DNA of 50,671 nucleotides, taken from a virus (taxonomy: Duplodnaviria; Caudoviricetes). The position numbers were made by a program, and so were the translations under genes. The notes under the pieces were generated by a model. That model was not told the DNA's origin and searched no databases. It saw only the letters and a list, made by a program, of their open reading frames with translations. This document shows, one piece after another, positions 19,301 to 28,119 of this stretch (position 1 is the first letter of the stretch; the number at the start of each line of letters is the position of its first letter). The stretch is from positions 1 through 50,671 of IMG/VR virus record IMGVR_UViG_3300003885_000005. One strand, given 5' to 3'.

Positions 19301-21976
19301 AAGATACTTAATAGTTATGTCTCTAAAGGATACATATCAGATAAACAACTTGATGTTGATTTAACTTATAGCACTGGTAAGATGTATGAGAGAGCTGGGT
19401 TTGAAAAACCAAAGCGTAGGTTTGACATTAAGCCAAGGTCAGTTGATGTAGAAAAAGCAAGCGTAGTAGATAGTGTTCCCATAGAAAACATGTCTGTGGG
19501 CTCGATAATGTTTGACCCTCCGTTCTTAGTTGGTAAACAGTTTGCAGAGATAGCTAAAACATATGATAAAAGTAAATCAAGTAATATATTTGGGGACAGA
19601 TTTGGTTCATTTAAGGACTTAAATGAAGCTGTAAATATGTGGGGAAGTGGGATAGCTGAAGCAAGTAGAATATTGAAACTGGATGGGAAGTTGTTTGTTA
19701 AGATACAGGATACTGTTTCTTTTGGTGGAGATCCAAGGCTCGAACCGTCATTAGAAACAGGGGTTACAAAAACTAAAAGTGGGGCAACTAGAGGAAAGAT
19801 TCCTGCGACGCAGTACTTAATAGATGTAGCAAGTATATATAAACTTAATTTAATTGAGGGCGTGTCTAAAGTATCATCTATGACTTCTCATCCAGAACTG
19901 AAGACTATTGTTAACTATATGGTGTTTGAAAAAGTAAAAGCTCCTGTTGTTAGTCCTGAAATTAGTGTATCAGCTGAGCGCTACCAAAAGTCTTTTGATA
20001 TCATCAAGAAATATTTCAAAGGCGAGAAGCCTTATGGTGAAAAACTCCATGCTGGTATTGGATTAGACCCCCAATTGGTCAAAGACATATCTCGTGTGAT
20101 GAGGTACCATATTGAGAAGGGCACTAAAGACTTCTATCGTGTTAGTCAAGAGCTAATCAAAGAGTTTGGTGAGAAAGTCCGGCCGTATCTCAAACCCGCT
20201 TTTGATCAAGCTCGGGATAAAATAAGACTTACATCTATGACCAGAAAGGATATCAAGTATGCCAATGACGCTCTTGTAAAGATGGGCCTCAAGACATTAT
20301 CTGAGGCAGAGGCTGAGAATATAAGCCCTGAAACCGTGAATGAGCCTGGCTTAATCAAACGTTTTATGAGTACTCTTGAATCTACCGATCAAACTTTGGA
20401 AGCTTACAAGGGCGGCGCTCAAGAACATATTAACGCTGTGCCAAAGATAATGGTTGAAGAGACTTTTATACCTAAGCAGCAGTGGATAGTGGAGAAGTTT
20501 AAACAACTAGATGGAGCTATGAAGGGAGTACGAAGATCTGTTAAAGCTGATGAGCTTAGTCGAGTAGGTAAAGAAGCCAATAAGCTTGGGCGAGAAGTGT
20601 CTGAGGTTCTTGAACTTAAAGATATAGCAGACGCTAAATATAAATACTCCTCAAAGTCTATTGAGATAGCCAAAGATGTTCGTAAGATACTTGATGATAT
20701 CTTGGTTGAACTACAAGACGCTAACGTGTTGGATAAGAAGGGTAAGCTTATCAAGAGGCTTGAAGGCTACTTCCCACACATAAAGAAAGAGTTCAGCATG
20801 TCTGAGGATCTTCAACGCTACATGAATGATGCCCTTGAAGGACGCCACGATGATATTATAGGTGCGGCCAGCGGCGGTGTTGATCTGTATGGAACTGCAA
20901 AGCCTGTACCAAAGTTTGGTCATGCTGAGAAGAGGGCTAAAGGTGAGTATGGGCTACAAGATATAGAAACAAATCCGTTGAGGGTGCTTAGACGCTATGT
21001 CTTGGCAGCTTCAAGAATCCTTTATGATAAGCCTGGTATAGAGAAAGCTCGGGTTGAGATAGATATGATACCTAAGGGGCCTATGAAAGATCTAAGTGTG
21101 AAGTATATTCAGAACTATATGAGAGTATCAGACTCTATATCGGGTACTCTAAGGCTCGTTGATGCTAAGTTGGCTAGAATGGGTGCGAGGTCAGTTTTAG
21201 CCTTTAGTACTGGCTTGCAAACTCTCCATCTTGGTCGTGTTGCTACACAGATATGGCCAGAGCTTGGAACTAGATATTCTCTATCAGGATTAAACCAGTT
21301 ACTTATGAGCCCAGCAAAAGCTTGGGCAGAAACCAGAGACGCGGGACTTTTACCTCAAGCATCTATACCAACTAGATTTAAGTTTCGTGGTGAAGTCTTT
21401 GACAACATTAGTAACTATGGTGACTTTGGTAACTCAGTAGCTAAGATAATAGCCTATCAAGGATTTTTAAGGAAGGTAGCCAACCAACATCCAGAATGGA
21501 CTTTTAAGCAGGTACAAACAGAGGCTATCAAGCAGACTATTAGAGCTGAAGGAGTTATCAATCAAGCGACTAAGTCTATAGCATTAGAGAAGATACCTAA
21601 GTTCTTCTTACAGTTCAAGTATTGGTTCCAAAAGTATGGTGAGAATACATCCAGAGCAATAGCATATGCAGCCAAAGACCCAAGCATGGACAACATGACG
21701 AGGGTTGGAAGGTACCTAACCGCTGCGGCTATAACTGAAGAGATAACTAGACAACTTGGCTTGAAGATATTCCATATCACTCCATATGTGATACAACTAT
21801 CAGCAACCGGCGCTGGGTATTTAAAAGACATTGCCTTCATATTGGCTAATGATAAAGACTCTATAGAGACAAGACTTGAGAAAGCCTTTAAACGTACAGC
21901 ACAGTATGGAATACCTGGTGGAGTCTCGGTACCAAGAGAAATCACACAAGGTCCAACTGCTATAAAGAAACATTAA
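16316..21976 (+). CDS. Large polyvalent ejection protein with an embedded DNA adenine methyltransferase domain
   Basis: 1886 aa at the end of the structural arm. Contains DLTYSTG.MY, SIMFDPPF (DPPF at 19514..19525) and EASRILK.DG.LFVK.QD. Confidence 0.75.
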   Translation: MANDNYADITNFIESETSVHEMNKSNKDKFSDINEFLGIEAEPTSTEILIDPEKRGKSYGVSGEWEDESGVPPEILTGLKGENRKKKANLYKQATPEQRALYFPQTAATARVVAKGINARLYGAPKAIFGDIPPFQESESTAESIGTVGAEFYGFLKGPFALAKSLLGKTWAAREGSIAANYARMIGRGGLELGTAGGISEVIPAVSEEGLTREAGTRVNDAFKQSALFGMIFPAAGVIPTKPLRVVIGAGLTDLVRGRGEFTYDDTIRGLQDGTIDQQELVDRGFGYLMDVYFLTRTPSVKKQIESLIPFKRVDKLASMIANDKMQQGKYQEAVDIVNERFEKIKNDPEIKEKMSELVGKELEEIQKQLKTDKGRQAIIDKKMPKDLGDTLKLNAQARQAEIDRISAVATIPIEEAPKIAKAIKPPETTMQKIDKMIDEIKTLGEDIGYKPVLKRDKLQIPVGEKKPADTKLIEQDKRVQEVLSEIEKLEGLRTTAEKATGMNLKSIYDKAINEAIDTLPEGEKIELQSAISNFRKKVYVTGIEKYYAEKAAEKKATEVEVKEKQTAKETTPVKGKESPAPAKRTMEESVAAGEIPAPEYKGKERREVPEARQTVIDGYVRKELGVKGLGGKKLAPLTKSEKEVLALYEAKHPDYVKKVREDIKGREEPSKKAAEVDKKKEIDRVAKEHDVKYEGIQEGAEGEKFYTFTDKETGSTFMVSNLSKVERSVTDMRKKFKEAEKEPKEEVKVEPDAELSKTEVSIKELGELTPTQLVERAKKVGLEQTVWSKALSNREYVERQIVGKEGKPFEEMVKEPEIKIEPEIKPGLRTKFQKILAQDKLTQEDIKWLKENKEALDLTPEETQAIKMRMAGKLVKRIISEEKFQKNSESIKKYLKGLKVFTGVPDPKIIKAMSENAIYHIERKATSFYQWSQKMIKEFGNKIRPILHQAWTNAQNHINSARGYEAYKGRIVAGDKFSKVYIADSVTESLQNESKILNSYVSKGYISDKQLDVDLTYSTGKMYERAGFEKPKRRFDIKPRSVDVEKASVVDSVPIENMSVGSIMFDPPFLVGKQFAEIAKTYDKSKSSNIFGDRFGSFKDLNEAVNMWGSGIAEASRILKLDGKLFVKIQDTVSFGGDPRLEPSLETGVTKTKSGATRGKIPATQYLIDVASIYKLNLIEGVSKVSSMTSHPELKTIVNYMVFEKVKAPVVSPEISVSAERYQKSFDIIKKYFKGEKPYGEKLHAGIGLDPQLVKDISRVMRYHIEKGTKDFYRVSQELIKEFGEKVRPYLKPAFDQARDKIRLTSMTRKDIKYANDALVKMGLKTLSEAEAENISPETVNEPGLIKRFMSTLESTDQTLEAYKGGAQEHINAVPKIMVEETFIPKQQWIVEKFKQLDGAMKGVRRSVKADELSRVGKEANKLGREVSEVLELKDIADAKYKYSSKSIEIAKDVRKILDDILVELQDANVLDKKGKLIKRLEGYFPHIKKEFSMSEDLQRYMNDALEGRHDDIIGAASGGVDLYGTAKPVPKFGHAEKRAKGEYGLQDIETNPLRVLRRYVLAASRILYDKPGIEKARVEIDMIPKGPMKDLSVKYIQNYMRVSDSISGTLRLVDAKLARMGARSVLAFSTGLQTLHLGRVATQIWPELGTRYSLSGLNQLLMSPAKAWAETRDAGLLPQASIPTRFKFRGEVFDNISNYGDFGNSVAKIIAYQGFLRKVANQHPEWTFKQVQTEAIKQTIRAEGVINQATKSIALEKIPKFFLQFKYWFQKYGENTSRAIAYAAKDPSMDNMTRVGRYLTAAAITEEITRQLGLKIFHITPYVIQLSATGAGYLKDIAFILANDKDSIETRLEKAFKRTAQYGIPGGVSVPREITQGPTAIKKH
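16364..16390. promoter_or_regulatory. 27-bp dyad, copy 2: ACTAGC GTTCA TGAAA TGAAC AAAAGT
   Basis: Matches the palindrome; lies inside the 5' end of the giant CDS. Confidence 0.8.
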
Positions 21977-21989
21977 GGAGGAACACAGA

Positions 21990-22172
21990 ATGCTTAAAGC
22001 AAAACTAGGAACCATAGAGTCTACCAATGATAGCATAATGCGCCGCAACTTATTAGCTAAGAAGCTAAACTCTCGGAGGGCAGTCTTAGAAGGTATCACT
22101 AAGAAGAATTTTAAGAGGCAGATACCTTATAAGAACTTACCCGGCGCTGATGCTAGTAAAGTTAGGATTTAG
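21990..22172 (+). CDS. Small basic hypothetical protein (last gene of the + arm)
   Basis: AGGAGG RBS; converges with thyX. Confidence 0.55.
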   Translation: MLKAKLGTIESTNDSIMRRNLLAKKLNSRRAVLEGITKKNFKRQIPYKNLPGADASKVRI

Positions 22173-22822
22173 TATTCTATATCATCAAAGAGAACAGGAA
22201 TTACAAAGCGGAACCCCTCTAACATATCTCTTGCAAGTTCCCTCATTTGAGGATGAGCAGCTTTAGAGCATCTGAGAGTAAAAAAGTGGCGCCACTCACG
22301 AACATTACCAGTGATAATTATCTCGGTCTTGAGACTATTAGGTAGTACCGAACGAGCTTCCTGTGGAGATTGACCTAATTTTATTAGTCTTATATAGGCA
22401 TCTTCTGTTTCTTCCATGCTATAGATCCATGTTTTATATGCTTCACTCCACTTATCTGTATTATGTTCACTATAATCACCATAAAACCATAATGGGCGAA
22501 TGACAGTCAACTCGCTACCATATTTACCTAAAGTATAGTTACAGTACCTTGTTGACTCCTGTGCATAGGAGAATAGACGGTGACGCACTATTTCATGTGT
22601 CACCCCTCTATCGGTAATTACTCTCACGGGCGGCGGCACTGCATGTTCAATCATAGCATGATGCCCTGACTTAAGCATACGTCCAACAAATTCTTTAGCA
22701 GAATCACTTGTAATTTTATCCTCACTTTTATAACAAGTTCTTCCTGCTTTCTCAATTGTCTTAAGTAATAATTCTCCGTTACAATAATGTTCAAACTTCC
22801 AACTTTGATCTACAATTTTCAT
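22169..22822 (-). CDS. thyX: Flavin-dependent thymidylate synthase
   Basis: RGVTHEIVRHR..SYAQESTRY signature, plus EARSVLP and AHPQM. Confidence 0.96.
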   Translation of the reverse strand: MKIVDQSWKFEHYCNGELLLKTIEKAGRTCYKSEDKITSDSAKEFVGRMLKSGHHAMIEHAVPPPVRVITDRGVTHEIVRHRLFSYAQESTRYCNYTLGKYGSELTVIRPLWFYGDYSEHNTDKWSEAYKTWIYSMEETEDAYIRLIKLGQSPQEARSVLPNSLKTEIIITGNVREWRHFFTLRCSKAAHPQMRELARDMLEGFRFVIPVLFDDIEY

Positions 22823-23172
22823 GTCTTCCTCCTTGTGTGTTCTCCATCATCAATGGAGTTAAAGTGTTTTTTTGTATGGTTCCCTTCAACAAATTCAACT
22901 AAAGATATATTAGCTATATCGACTAAGTGTTCAAGATTACCGGTTTTAATATACTTTTCTACCCGGCGTTGGATAGAATCCATTCTATTATACTGTGGTT
23001 TATTAGGTGACCCAAGTTTGCCATAACGTAGTGAGCCCATAATTAGACGATTACGCATAAGCTGTTCGAACTCATCACACCATTCAGAGATACATAAAGC
23101 AGTATAGCTATCTGAATCTCGTTCATGAGCTGTATTAAGTAACCGTTGTCGTATATAATTAGTATTGTTCAT
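22819..23172 (-). CDS. Conserved phage protein, possibly an all-alpha NTP pyrophosphatase-like fold
   Basis: G..RYG and HLVDIAN...EF motifs; adjacent to thyX. The function is inferred. Confidence 0.45.
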   Translation of the reverse strand: MNNTNYIRQRLLNTAHERDSDSYTALCISEWCDEFEQLMRNRLIMGSLRYGKLGSPNKPQYNRMDSIQRRVEKYIKTGNLEHLVDIANISLVEFVEGNHTKKHFNSIDDGEHTRRKT

Positions 23173-23187
23173 TCAATGAACATAACT
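23161..23187. promoter_or_regulatory. 27-bp dyad, copy 3: AGTATT GTTCA TTCAA TGAAC ATAACT
   Basis: Matches the palindrome; spans a gene junction. Confidence 0.85.
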
Positions 23188-23506
23188 ATGATGTCATCCC
23201 TTTAAGATTCGGCACCACTAATAACCCGCTTATAGCATGTATATACTTCTTATACAAATCATCAGTTATTTTTAGTTCCGACATAAATGCTCCGCCACCT
23301 ATAAAGTAGATTTCTTTCTTAGTAGGTGCAAGATCAAATTGATTTTGGCCAACTGGAACCATAATAACTGTGTCTTTAAAAAGTATATAAGGTGGTCCCG
23401 GCTCATGTTTATCAGCAGTAGCCATTAATGACCCAATCCTCTTTATCTTCCCTATCATCATACTCTGACCATAAGTTATGTGTATGACATCGTCAATTTT
23501 TAACAT
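23186..23506 (-). CDS. Hypothetical protein
   Basis: GGAGG RBS; operon packing. Confidence 0.6.
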   Translation of the reverse strand: MLKIDDVIHITYGQSMMIGKIKRIGSLMATADKHEPGPPYILFKDTVIMVPVGQNQFDLAPTKKEIYFIGGGAFMSELKITDDLYKKYIHAISGLLVVPNLKGMTS

Positions 23507-23735
23507 CTTCTTCCTCCCTTTCTATTTTAATGTTATTATATGGACAGACAGTTATAATACATTTACCCTTATCATTACATAAATAAAACCAGTAACTGTT
23601 TACATTACTATCATAGCCCTTAGCTAAACAAAAGTGTGGTTTGTTACCATTAGAACCAATATCAATTAAGTGTCTAAGTTTATTACCTAGAATTTCCTCT
23701 TCTTTAGTTATATTTGGTTCCCATAATTTAGTCAT
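23493..23735 (-). CDS. Hypothetical protein
   Basis: Overlapping operon packing. Confidence 0.55.
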   Translation of the reverse strand: MTKLWEPNITKEEEILGNKLRHLIDIGSNGNKPHFCLAKGYDSNVNSYWFYLCNDKGKCIITVCPYNNIKIEREEEDVKN

Positions 23736-24996
23736 TCTTTTGTTTCCCTAACCATTCATAGATTACATTCCCATCAACAGATATATACTGATGTATATAT
23801 TTCATCTCTATTAACTGTCCCATAGCTTGTTGAAATTTAAACGGTGATACATCTCGATATAAGCCTCTGAGTAGATCCCTTCTCGGAATTTTTTTAGCTG
23901 TTTTAACTACATTAAGTATATCATCAACATCTATACCTACATCACTTCTTCCAGCAGCACCAAAAGCATCTACCATTTTATCTTCAAGCTCATCTATTAA
24001 GCCTAAGCCTAACTCTAAATGCTTATCGGTTATAATCAACTTATCACTTTCAGCTATAGATAATAACATAGCCACTTTTAACAAATGTATATGTTTACGA
24101 GCACTATACCCACTGAACCTTGAATCAGTCGCGAGTTTGTCTTCTTTAGTCATATACCATTGCTCGAACCAACACCAGGCACAACCTTTAACACTCCCAG
24201 TATGGCTTCCATTAATAATTTTATGCTCAGATATAGGTACACTTGGGTCGCCCCAGTCTAACTTCATCTCACCCTGCAGCAAGGCTATTTGCTCCAAATC
24301 ATAGATGATCTCTTCTTGAATTATCTTTTCCTCTGGGGTTATTTTAGGCATGGCCTTTTTATGTCTAGCTTCATCTTCAACTATGAATATTATACGAGAG
24401 GTAAACCCGCCGCCTATAGCAGTTAATGGTATCGAGCCACTCAGCCACGCCGGCGTTGTGGCAGCAAGCATATTAAGCCATGTACCATGTAAGACATCAG
24501 TGCCCATATTTTTGGTACGGTACTCCCATTTGTCACTACAGTCATATAAATTTGTGAGGAACGATAACAAAGCGTGGTTCTCTTTACCTAAAAACACGCT
24601 AAGCTCCTCACTTACAATGGTTAGAGAGGAATGAAACCCTATCTTCATCTCACTACCCTCAAATGATATAGTCTGTTGTGCGTCCTTCATAGCTTTAATT
24701 AAAGCCTCTCTAGTTGTAGCATCAGCGCTGATATGTATGTCAGGGTTAGAAGATACTAAATTAGTTGCAATCCTAATGGCTGTAGTCTTTTTAACACCAG
24801 GCGGCCCGACTAAAACTATATACATATTAGGGAAGACCTTAAAGAAGCTCATGTCTATCCATACTTTACGTCGGAGTGCAGCTGCTACTACTCCGAGGAA
24901 ACACCAGATATGGTAACGAGTTGGTGATTCAGACTGAGCTGTATAGTTTAAATATGAACTTAGAATGTTTTTGCACTTTCTTAAGCCATTACTCAC
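23728..24996 (-). CDS. DUF3987-family AAA+ ATPase, probable replicative helicase (no primase domain)
   Basis: PNMYIVLVGPPGVKKTT Walker A; EEL Walker B; LYDC; GGFTSR. Confidence 0.8.
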   Translation of the reverse strand: MSNGLRKCKNILSSYLNYTAQSESPTRYHIWCFLGVVAAALRRKVWIDMSFFKVFPNMYIVLVGPPGVKKTTAIRIATNLVSSNPDIHISADATTREALIKAMKDAQQTISFEGSEMKIGFHSSLTIVSEELSVFLGKENHALLSFLTNLYDCSDKWEYRTKNMGTDVLHGTWLNMLAATTPAWLSGSIPLTAIGGGFTSRIIFIVEDEARHKKAMPKITPEEKIIQEEIIYDLEQIALLQGEMKLDWGDPSVPISEHKIINGSHTGSVKGCAWCWFEQWYMTKEDKLATDSRFSGYSARKHIHLLKVAMLLSIAESDKLIITDKHLELGLGLIDELEDKMVDAFGAAGRSDVGIDVDDILNVVKTAKKIPRRDLLRGLYRDVSPFKFQQAMGQLIEMKYIHQYISVDGNVIYEWLGKQKND

Positions 24997-25175
24997 TTAT
25001 TTTTACCATTCTTCCTCCCATATTTTTTAATCCATATACTAAGCACAGAGGGCGCAGTTGGAATTGTTTTTGCGTAGTCAACTACTTTGATATCAGGCAT
25101 TAGTATCCGACGCTTTTGGAATATTTGAACGTGCTTTCTTTTCACTGAGATAGGTATAAATCTTCCTGAAGCCAT
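24993..25175 (-). CDS. Small basic HTH-like protein
   Basis: YAKTI...SVLSIWIKKY helix-turn-helix pattern. Confidence 0.45.
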   Translation of the reverse strand: MASGRFIPISVKRKHVQIFQKRRILMPDIKVVDYAKTIPTAPSVLSIWIKKYGRKNGKNK

Positions 25176-25499
25176 TTATTTCCCCTCAGTTAAAGTTTCT
25201 GATTCCTCAATAGCCTTAACAAGCACTTCCCTGTCGGCATACTTGAGCGACTGTATCTTGCGGAGGGCCTCATACATCTTATTCACATCAGCAGTAATCC
25301 ACCCGTCTACACAGGAAGGGCAATCTTCCTCTAATATACGTGCCTCTTTTGTAAATATTTTTTTAATTCTGCCCTTATCGCACTCAGGACACGGTATCCT
25401 GTTGGTGATGGAGAGAATCTTACCTGTGCATTTAACAGGGTTATTTCCAAATCGTCTTATCAGCTCAGTTATTTGTAATTCTATTGGACATTTATCCAC
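25176..25499 (-). CDS. DnaJ-type Zn-finger (CxxCxxG) protein
   Basis: CPECDKG and CPSCVDG; GGAGG RBS. Confidence 0.6.
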   Translation of the reverse strand: MDKCPIELQITELIRRFGNNPVKCTGKILSITNRIPCPECDKGRIKKIFTKEARILEEDCPSCVDGWITADVNKMYEALRKIQSLKYADREVLVKAIEESETLTEGK

Positions 25500-25706
25500 A
25501 ATCCACCTCCCTTAATTTCTTTATCTGCGGTTGCCGTTGTAAACTGTGACAATTCAAGAAACAATTTATCAACAGTGCTTAATTCAAAGTTATCCCTCAT
25601 TTAATAGCTCCTTGTTGTGTCTTTTCATTACACGTTTAACTCCCTTCTTGCTTTGTCAATTAATTTCAATTCATTTCTTAGCCATTGAGCATGAGTCAGG
25701 GCAACA

Positions 25707-26027
25707 TCAATACAAACTTCGTTGTAATAGAACACTACGGTACTCTTTGTCGGTCCCTAAGAAATCACATGCTTTATTTATTAACTTAAATTTCTTTATC
25801 TGCCTACTCTTTTTTCTCAATGCTTTGTTGGTTTTGCGTAACTCTCTGTGCAACTCAAAAAACTTAGCTTTCCATAAATTTGCTTGTGTTCTGTTTGCAA
25901 GAGGCAGTTCCATGTCAGTTAATTTATAACGCTGCAAATATACATTAATCATATTGCAAGTGCCATCATGCGACACTTCGCAATCATTCTCTTTGCAACT
26001 ATTACAGAATGGGTTGTCGTTATTCAT
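25707..26027 (-). CDS. Hypothetical Cys-containing coiled-coil protein
   Basis: AGGAG RBS. Confidence 0.55.
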   Translation of the reverse strand: MNNDNPFCNSCKENDCEVSHDGTCNMINVYLQRYKLTDMELPLANRTQANLWKAKFFELHRELRKTNKALRKKSRQIKKFKLINKACDFLGTDKEYRSVLLQRSLY

Positions 26028-26114
26028 TTTTCTCCTTTCAGGACTGGCTTAGAATGGCTCTGACTTTCACAGATTCCGTTCATCGGGTCTTGCACTGCCG
26101 GAAGGCTTTAACTG

Positions 26115-26558
26115 TCATTCTTTACCGGCCCGTTCGATTTTCCAATTATCTTTAAGCACCAATTTATCCTTTTTGATCGTTCTGTCCCAGTCAATATCAG
26201 CGAGGGTTAGGGGTTCTTTGATAATGCCAGTACCTTTGCAGGTAGAGCATTCCTTCATAACAGTTCCAAATTCAGTTTCTACGAAAATAAACCGCTTACC
26301 ATTGGGAAAATTCCCGTCATGGGGAATATCACACTTCTTTACTTTCATCAGCGTCCTCTGCCCGTTGTCGCAGTGGGGACATTTTTCACTTATTCTTTGA
26401 TGATTTACCCCGCCCTCCTCCCATGTTTCGCTATGCGTAATTCCATTATCACAATCACATGGCACGGTTATGGGTATTGAGAAGATACGGTCAGCAAGCT
26501 CATGTGGAAGTAAATCTGTATCGAATATTAAGTTCTCTATCTCCTCACTCAGCATCAT
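26115..26558 (-). CDS. DnaJ-type Zn-finger protein
   Basis: CDCDNG, CPHCDNG and CSTCKGTG. Confidence 0.65.
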   Translation of the reverse strand: MMLSEEIENLIFDTDLLPHELADRIFSIPITVPCDCDNGITHSETWEEGGVNHQRISEKCPHCDNGQRTLMKVKKCDIPHDGNFPNGKRFIFVETEFGTVMKECSTCKGTGIIKEPLTLADIDWDRTIKKDKLVLKDNWKIERAGKE

Positions 26559-26731
26559 GGTTTCTCCTTTCTCGACTTTGCTTTTCTTAAAAGTGTTACA
26601 ATATTATCAACTATAATTTTTATATCATCTGGATGAAAGGCTTCACTTTCTTTTAATCCGCGTTCAATATTTTTACGAGCCATGTTTTTGTATTTTTCAA
26701 CATCTAATCGAAAACATCTACCCCACATCAT
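26555..26731 (-). CDS. Small hypothetical protein, 58 aa (missing from the ORF track)
   Basis: Manual translation MMWGRCFRLD...; has the same RBS/start sequence as the downstream gene. Confidence 0.55.
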   Translation of the reverse strand: MMWGRCFRLDVEKYKNMARKNIERGLKESEAFHPDDIKIIVDNIVTLLRKAKSRKEKP

Positions 26732-26741
26732 GGTTTCTCCT

Positions 26742-26951
26742 TTAAATTACTTCTTCGAGGTTTTTGCACATTGTAGGTTTGAGTACCCATCCCTCAGGTG
26801 TTCGTTTTAGAAAGAAGAAATTTAAATCACATGTCGCATGACCACCCTCATTGTCGAAGAATTGACATATAAGATTATCTTTTCCACCCCAACAATATAG
26901 GGTGTCGGGAACTTCGATCGGATAATTTACTTTAATTTTGTTTCTAATCAT
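26742..26951 (-). CDS. Small Cys-rich protein
   Basis: Four Cys residues; operon packing. Confidence 0.55.
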   Translation of the reverse strand: MIRNKIKVNYPIEVPDTLYCWGGKDNLICQFFDNEGGHATCDLNFFFLKRTPEGWVLKPTMCKNLEEVI

Positions 26952-27205
26952 TTCTCCCCCATCAAGTCCCCGATTGTTTTGGTTAGGCGGCCCTTAAAAC
27001 ATCTATTGCATATACCGACAATTCCTGCATCGTCATATAACTTGCCATAATCACAATCAGGACACTTCACCTTAACCTCCATATCCTTAGAAACGTAGTC
27101 GCGGTTGATGAGGGCCATTATCCGCTTAGTATAATAACTAGCTATATATTCATCCGGGATATACATTGTATCAATTATTAGATTCTCAATCTCTCTCTTA
27201 ATCAT
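26948..27205 (-). CDS. DnaJ-type Zn-finger protein, paralogue of 26115..26558
   Basis: Shared N-terminus EIENLI.DT; CPDCDYG and CNRCFKG. Confidence 0.6.
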   Translation of the reverse strand: MIKREIENLIIDTMYIPDEYIASYYTKRIMALINRDYVSKDMEVKVKCPDCDYGKLYDDAGIVGICNRCFKGRLTKTIGDLMGEK

Positions 27206-27377
27206 TGGCCCTCCTGTTCCATGCTTTAATAAGCAACTTTTTTGTTCTTCTATATATAAGCACTGTAATCAAGAGAGATTTGCAATAATGCAATATTCTT
27301 GGTGCTTCATTCCATGAGGTGTCTCCGGTAATTCGCACATTCCTTACACAAAACGGACACTTCTTTAATTCAGTCAT
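27198..27377 (-). CDS. Lar-family (restriction alleviation-like) small protein, 59 aa (missing from the ORF track)
   Basis: Manual translation MTELKKCPFC...IKAWNRRAND matches the Lar LKxCPFC / AWNRR pattern. Confidence 0.65.
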   Translation of the reverse strand: MTELKKCPFCVRNVRITGDTSWNEAPRILHYCKSLLITVLIYRRTKKLLIKAWNRRAND

Positions 27378-27597
27378 TAGTATCCCTCTCCTTAAAAAGC
27401 TTTATCATTTCACCCTTACATGTTCCTACGTCAATGCCCCTATATGCTACATGCTCAGGTTTTGCTAATTGCTTACTGTTATTAACCCAGTCAATTTTAT
27501 TGCAAGTTCTACAGCCCCAGGCAACATGTTCTCTTGTCATAACTCCCTCCTTTCTTAAATTGTGTCCGAATAAATAGCAAATTAATCTCTCTTTCAT
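27370..27597 (-). CDS. DUF1660-like small Zn protein
   Basis: LICYLFGH...CRTC pattern. Confidence 0.55.
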   Translation of the reverse strand: MKERLICYLFGHNLRKEGVMTREHVAWGCRTCNKIDWVNNSKQLAKPEHVAYRGIDVGTCKGEMIKLFKERDTND

Positions 27598-27887
27598 TCA
27601 ATCCCTCTCGTATACATGCAAGTATGACCTCCCACGTCCTCACAGTTACCGCTATCATCAAGCGGACTGCCGCATATAGGACATTCGGGTTCTTTATCTT
27701 CTGACACGTTCATTTTGCCTCTTTATATCCCTTTTTAAATATTTGTTTTCTGCTCTCACATTCACAAGGTTCACAGTTAATAACATAGCTGCCATCTATG
27801 TCAGTATGAGTTTCAATTATTACTAAATCAGCTCCACAATTATTGCATACTATTATTATTGTTGGTTTCATTTGGATTCCTCCTTTT

Positions 27888-28112
27888 CTACATACGTATT
27901 ATTTCATCGCACCGGAATGTTAGTTCATTAACATTAACTATAATTCCATTCTTCGTTAAACTATCATTAACTACTACTTTAGGTGCCTCTATATAAGATG
28001 TAGTAAGTATAGTACTTCTAAAACCATTAAGTACTTGTACTAAATTAATCTCGTAATCAACAACTCTCGCAATTTCTAAAACTGTTTTTAACATAAAACC
28101 CCCTATAACCAA
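27888..28112 (-). CDS. Hypothetical protein (start probably at the second Met)
   Basis: ORF directly after the polymerase gene; GGGGG RBS before MLKT. Confidence 0.5.
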   Translation of the reverse strand: MVIGGFMLKTVLEIARVVDYEINLVQVLNGFRSTILTTSYIEAPKVVVNDSLTKNGIIVNVNELTFRCDEIIRM

Positions 28113-28119
28113 TCATTTT

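Noticed and set aside
16858-22099. Minus-strand ORFs inside the giant gene, and similar antisense ORFs elsewhere (e.g. 31249..31788, 42170..42685, 41290..41733)
   Set aside because: These are shadow ORFs opposite well-supported genes, with no RBS or recognisable motifs.
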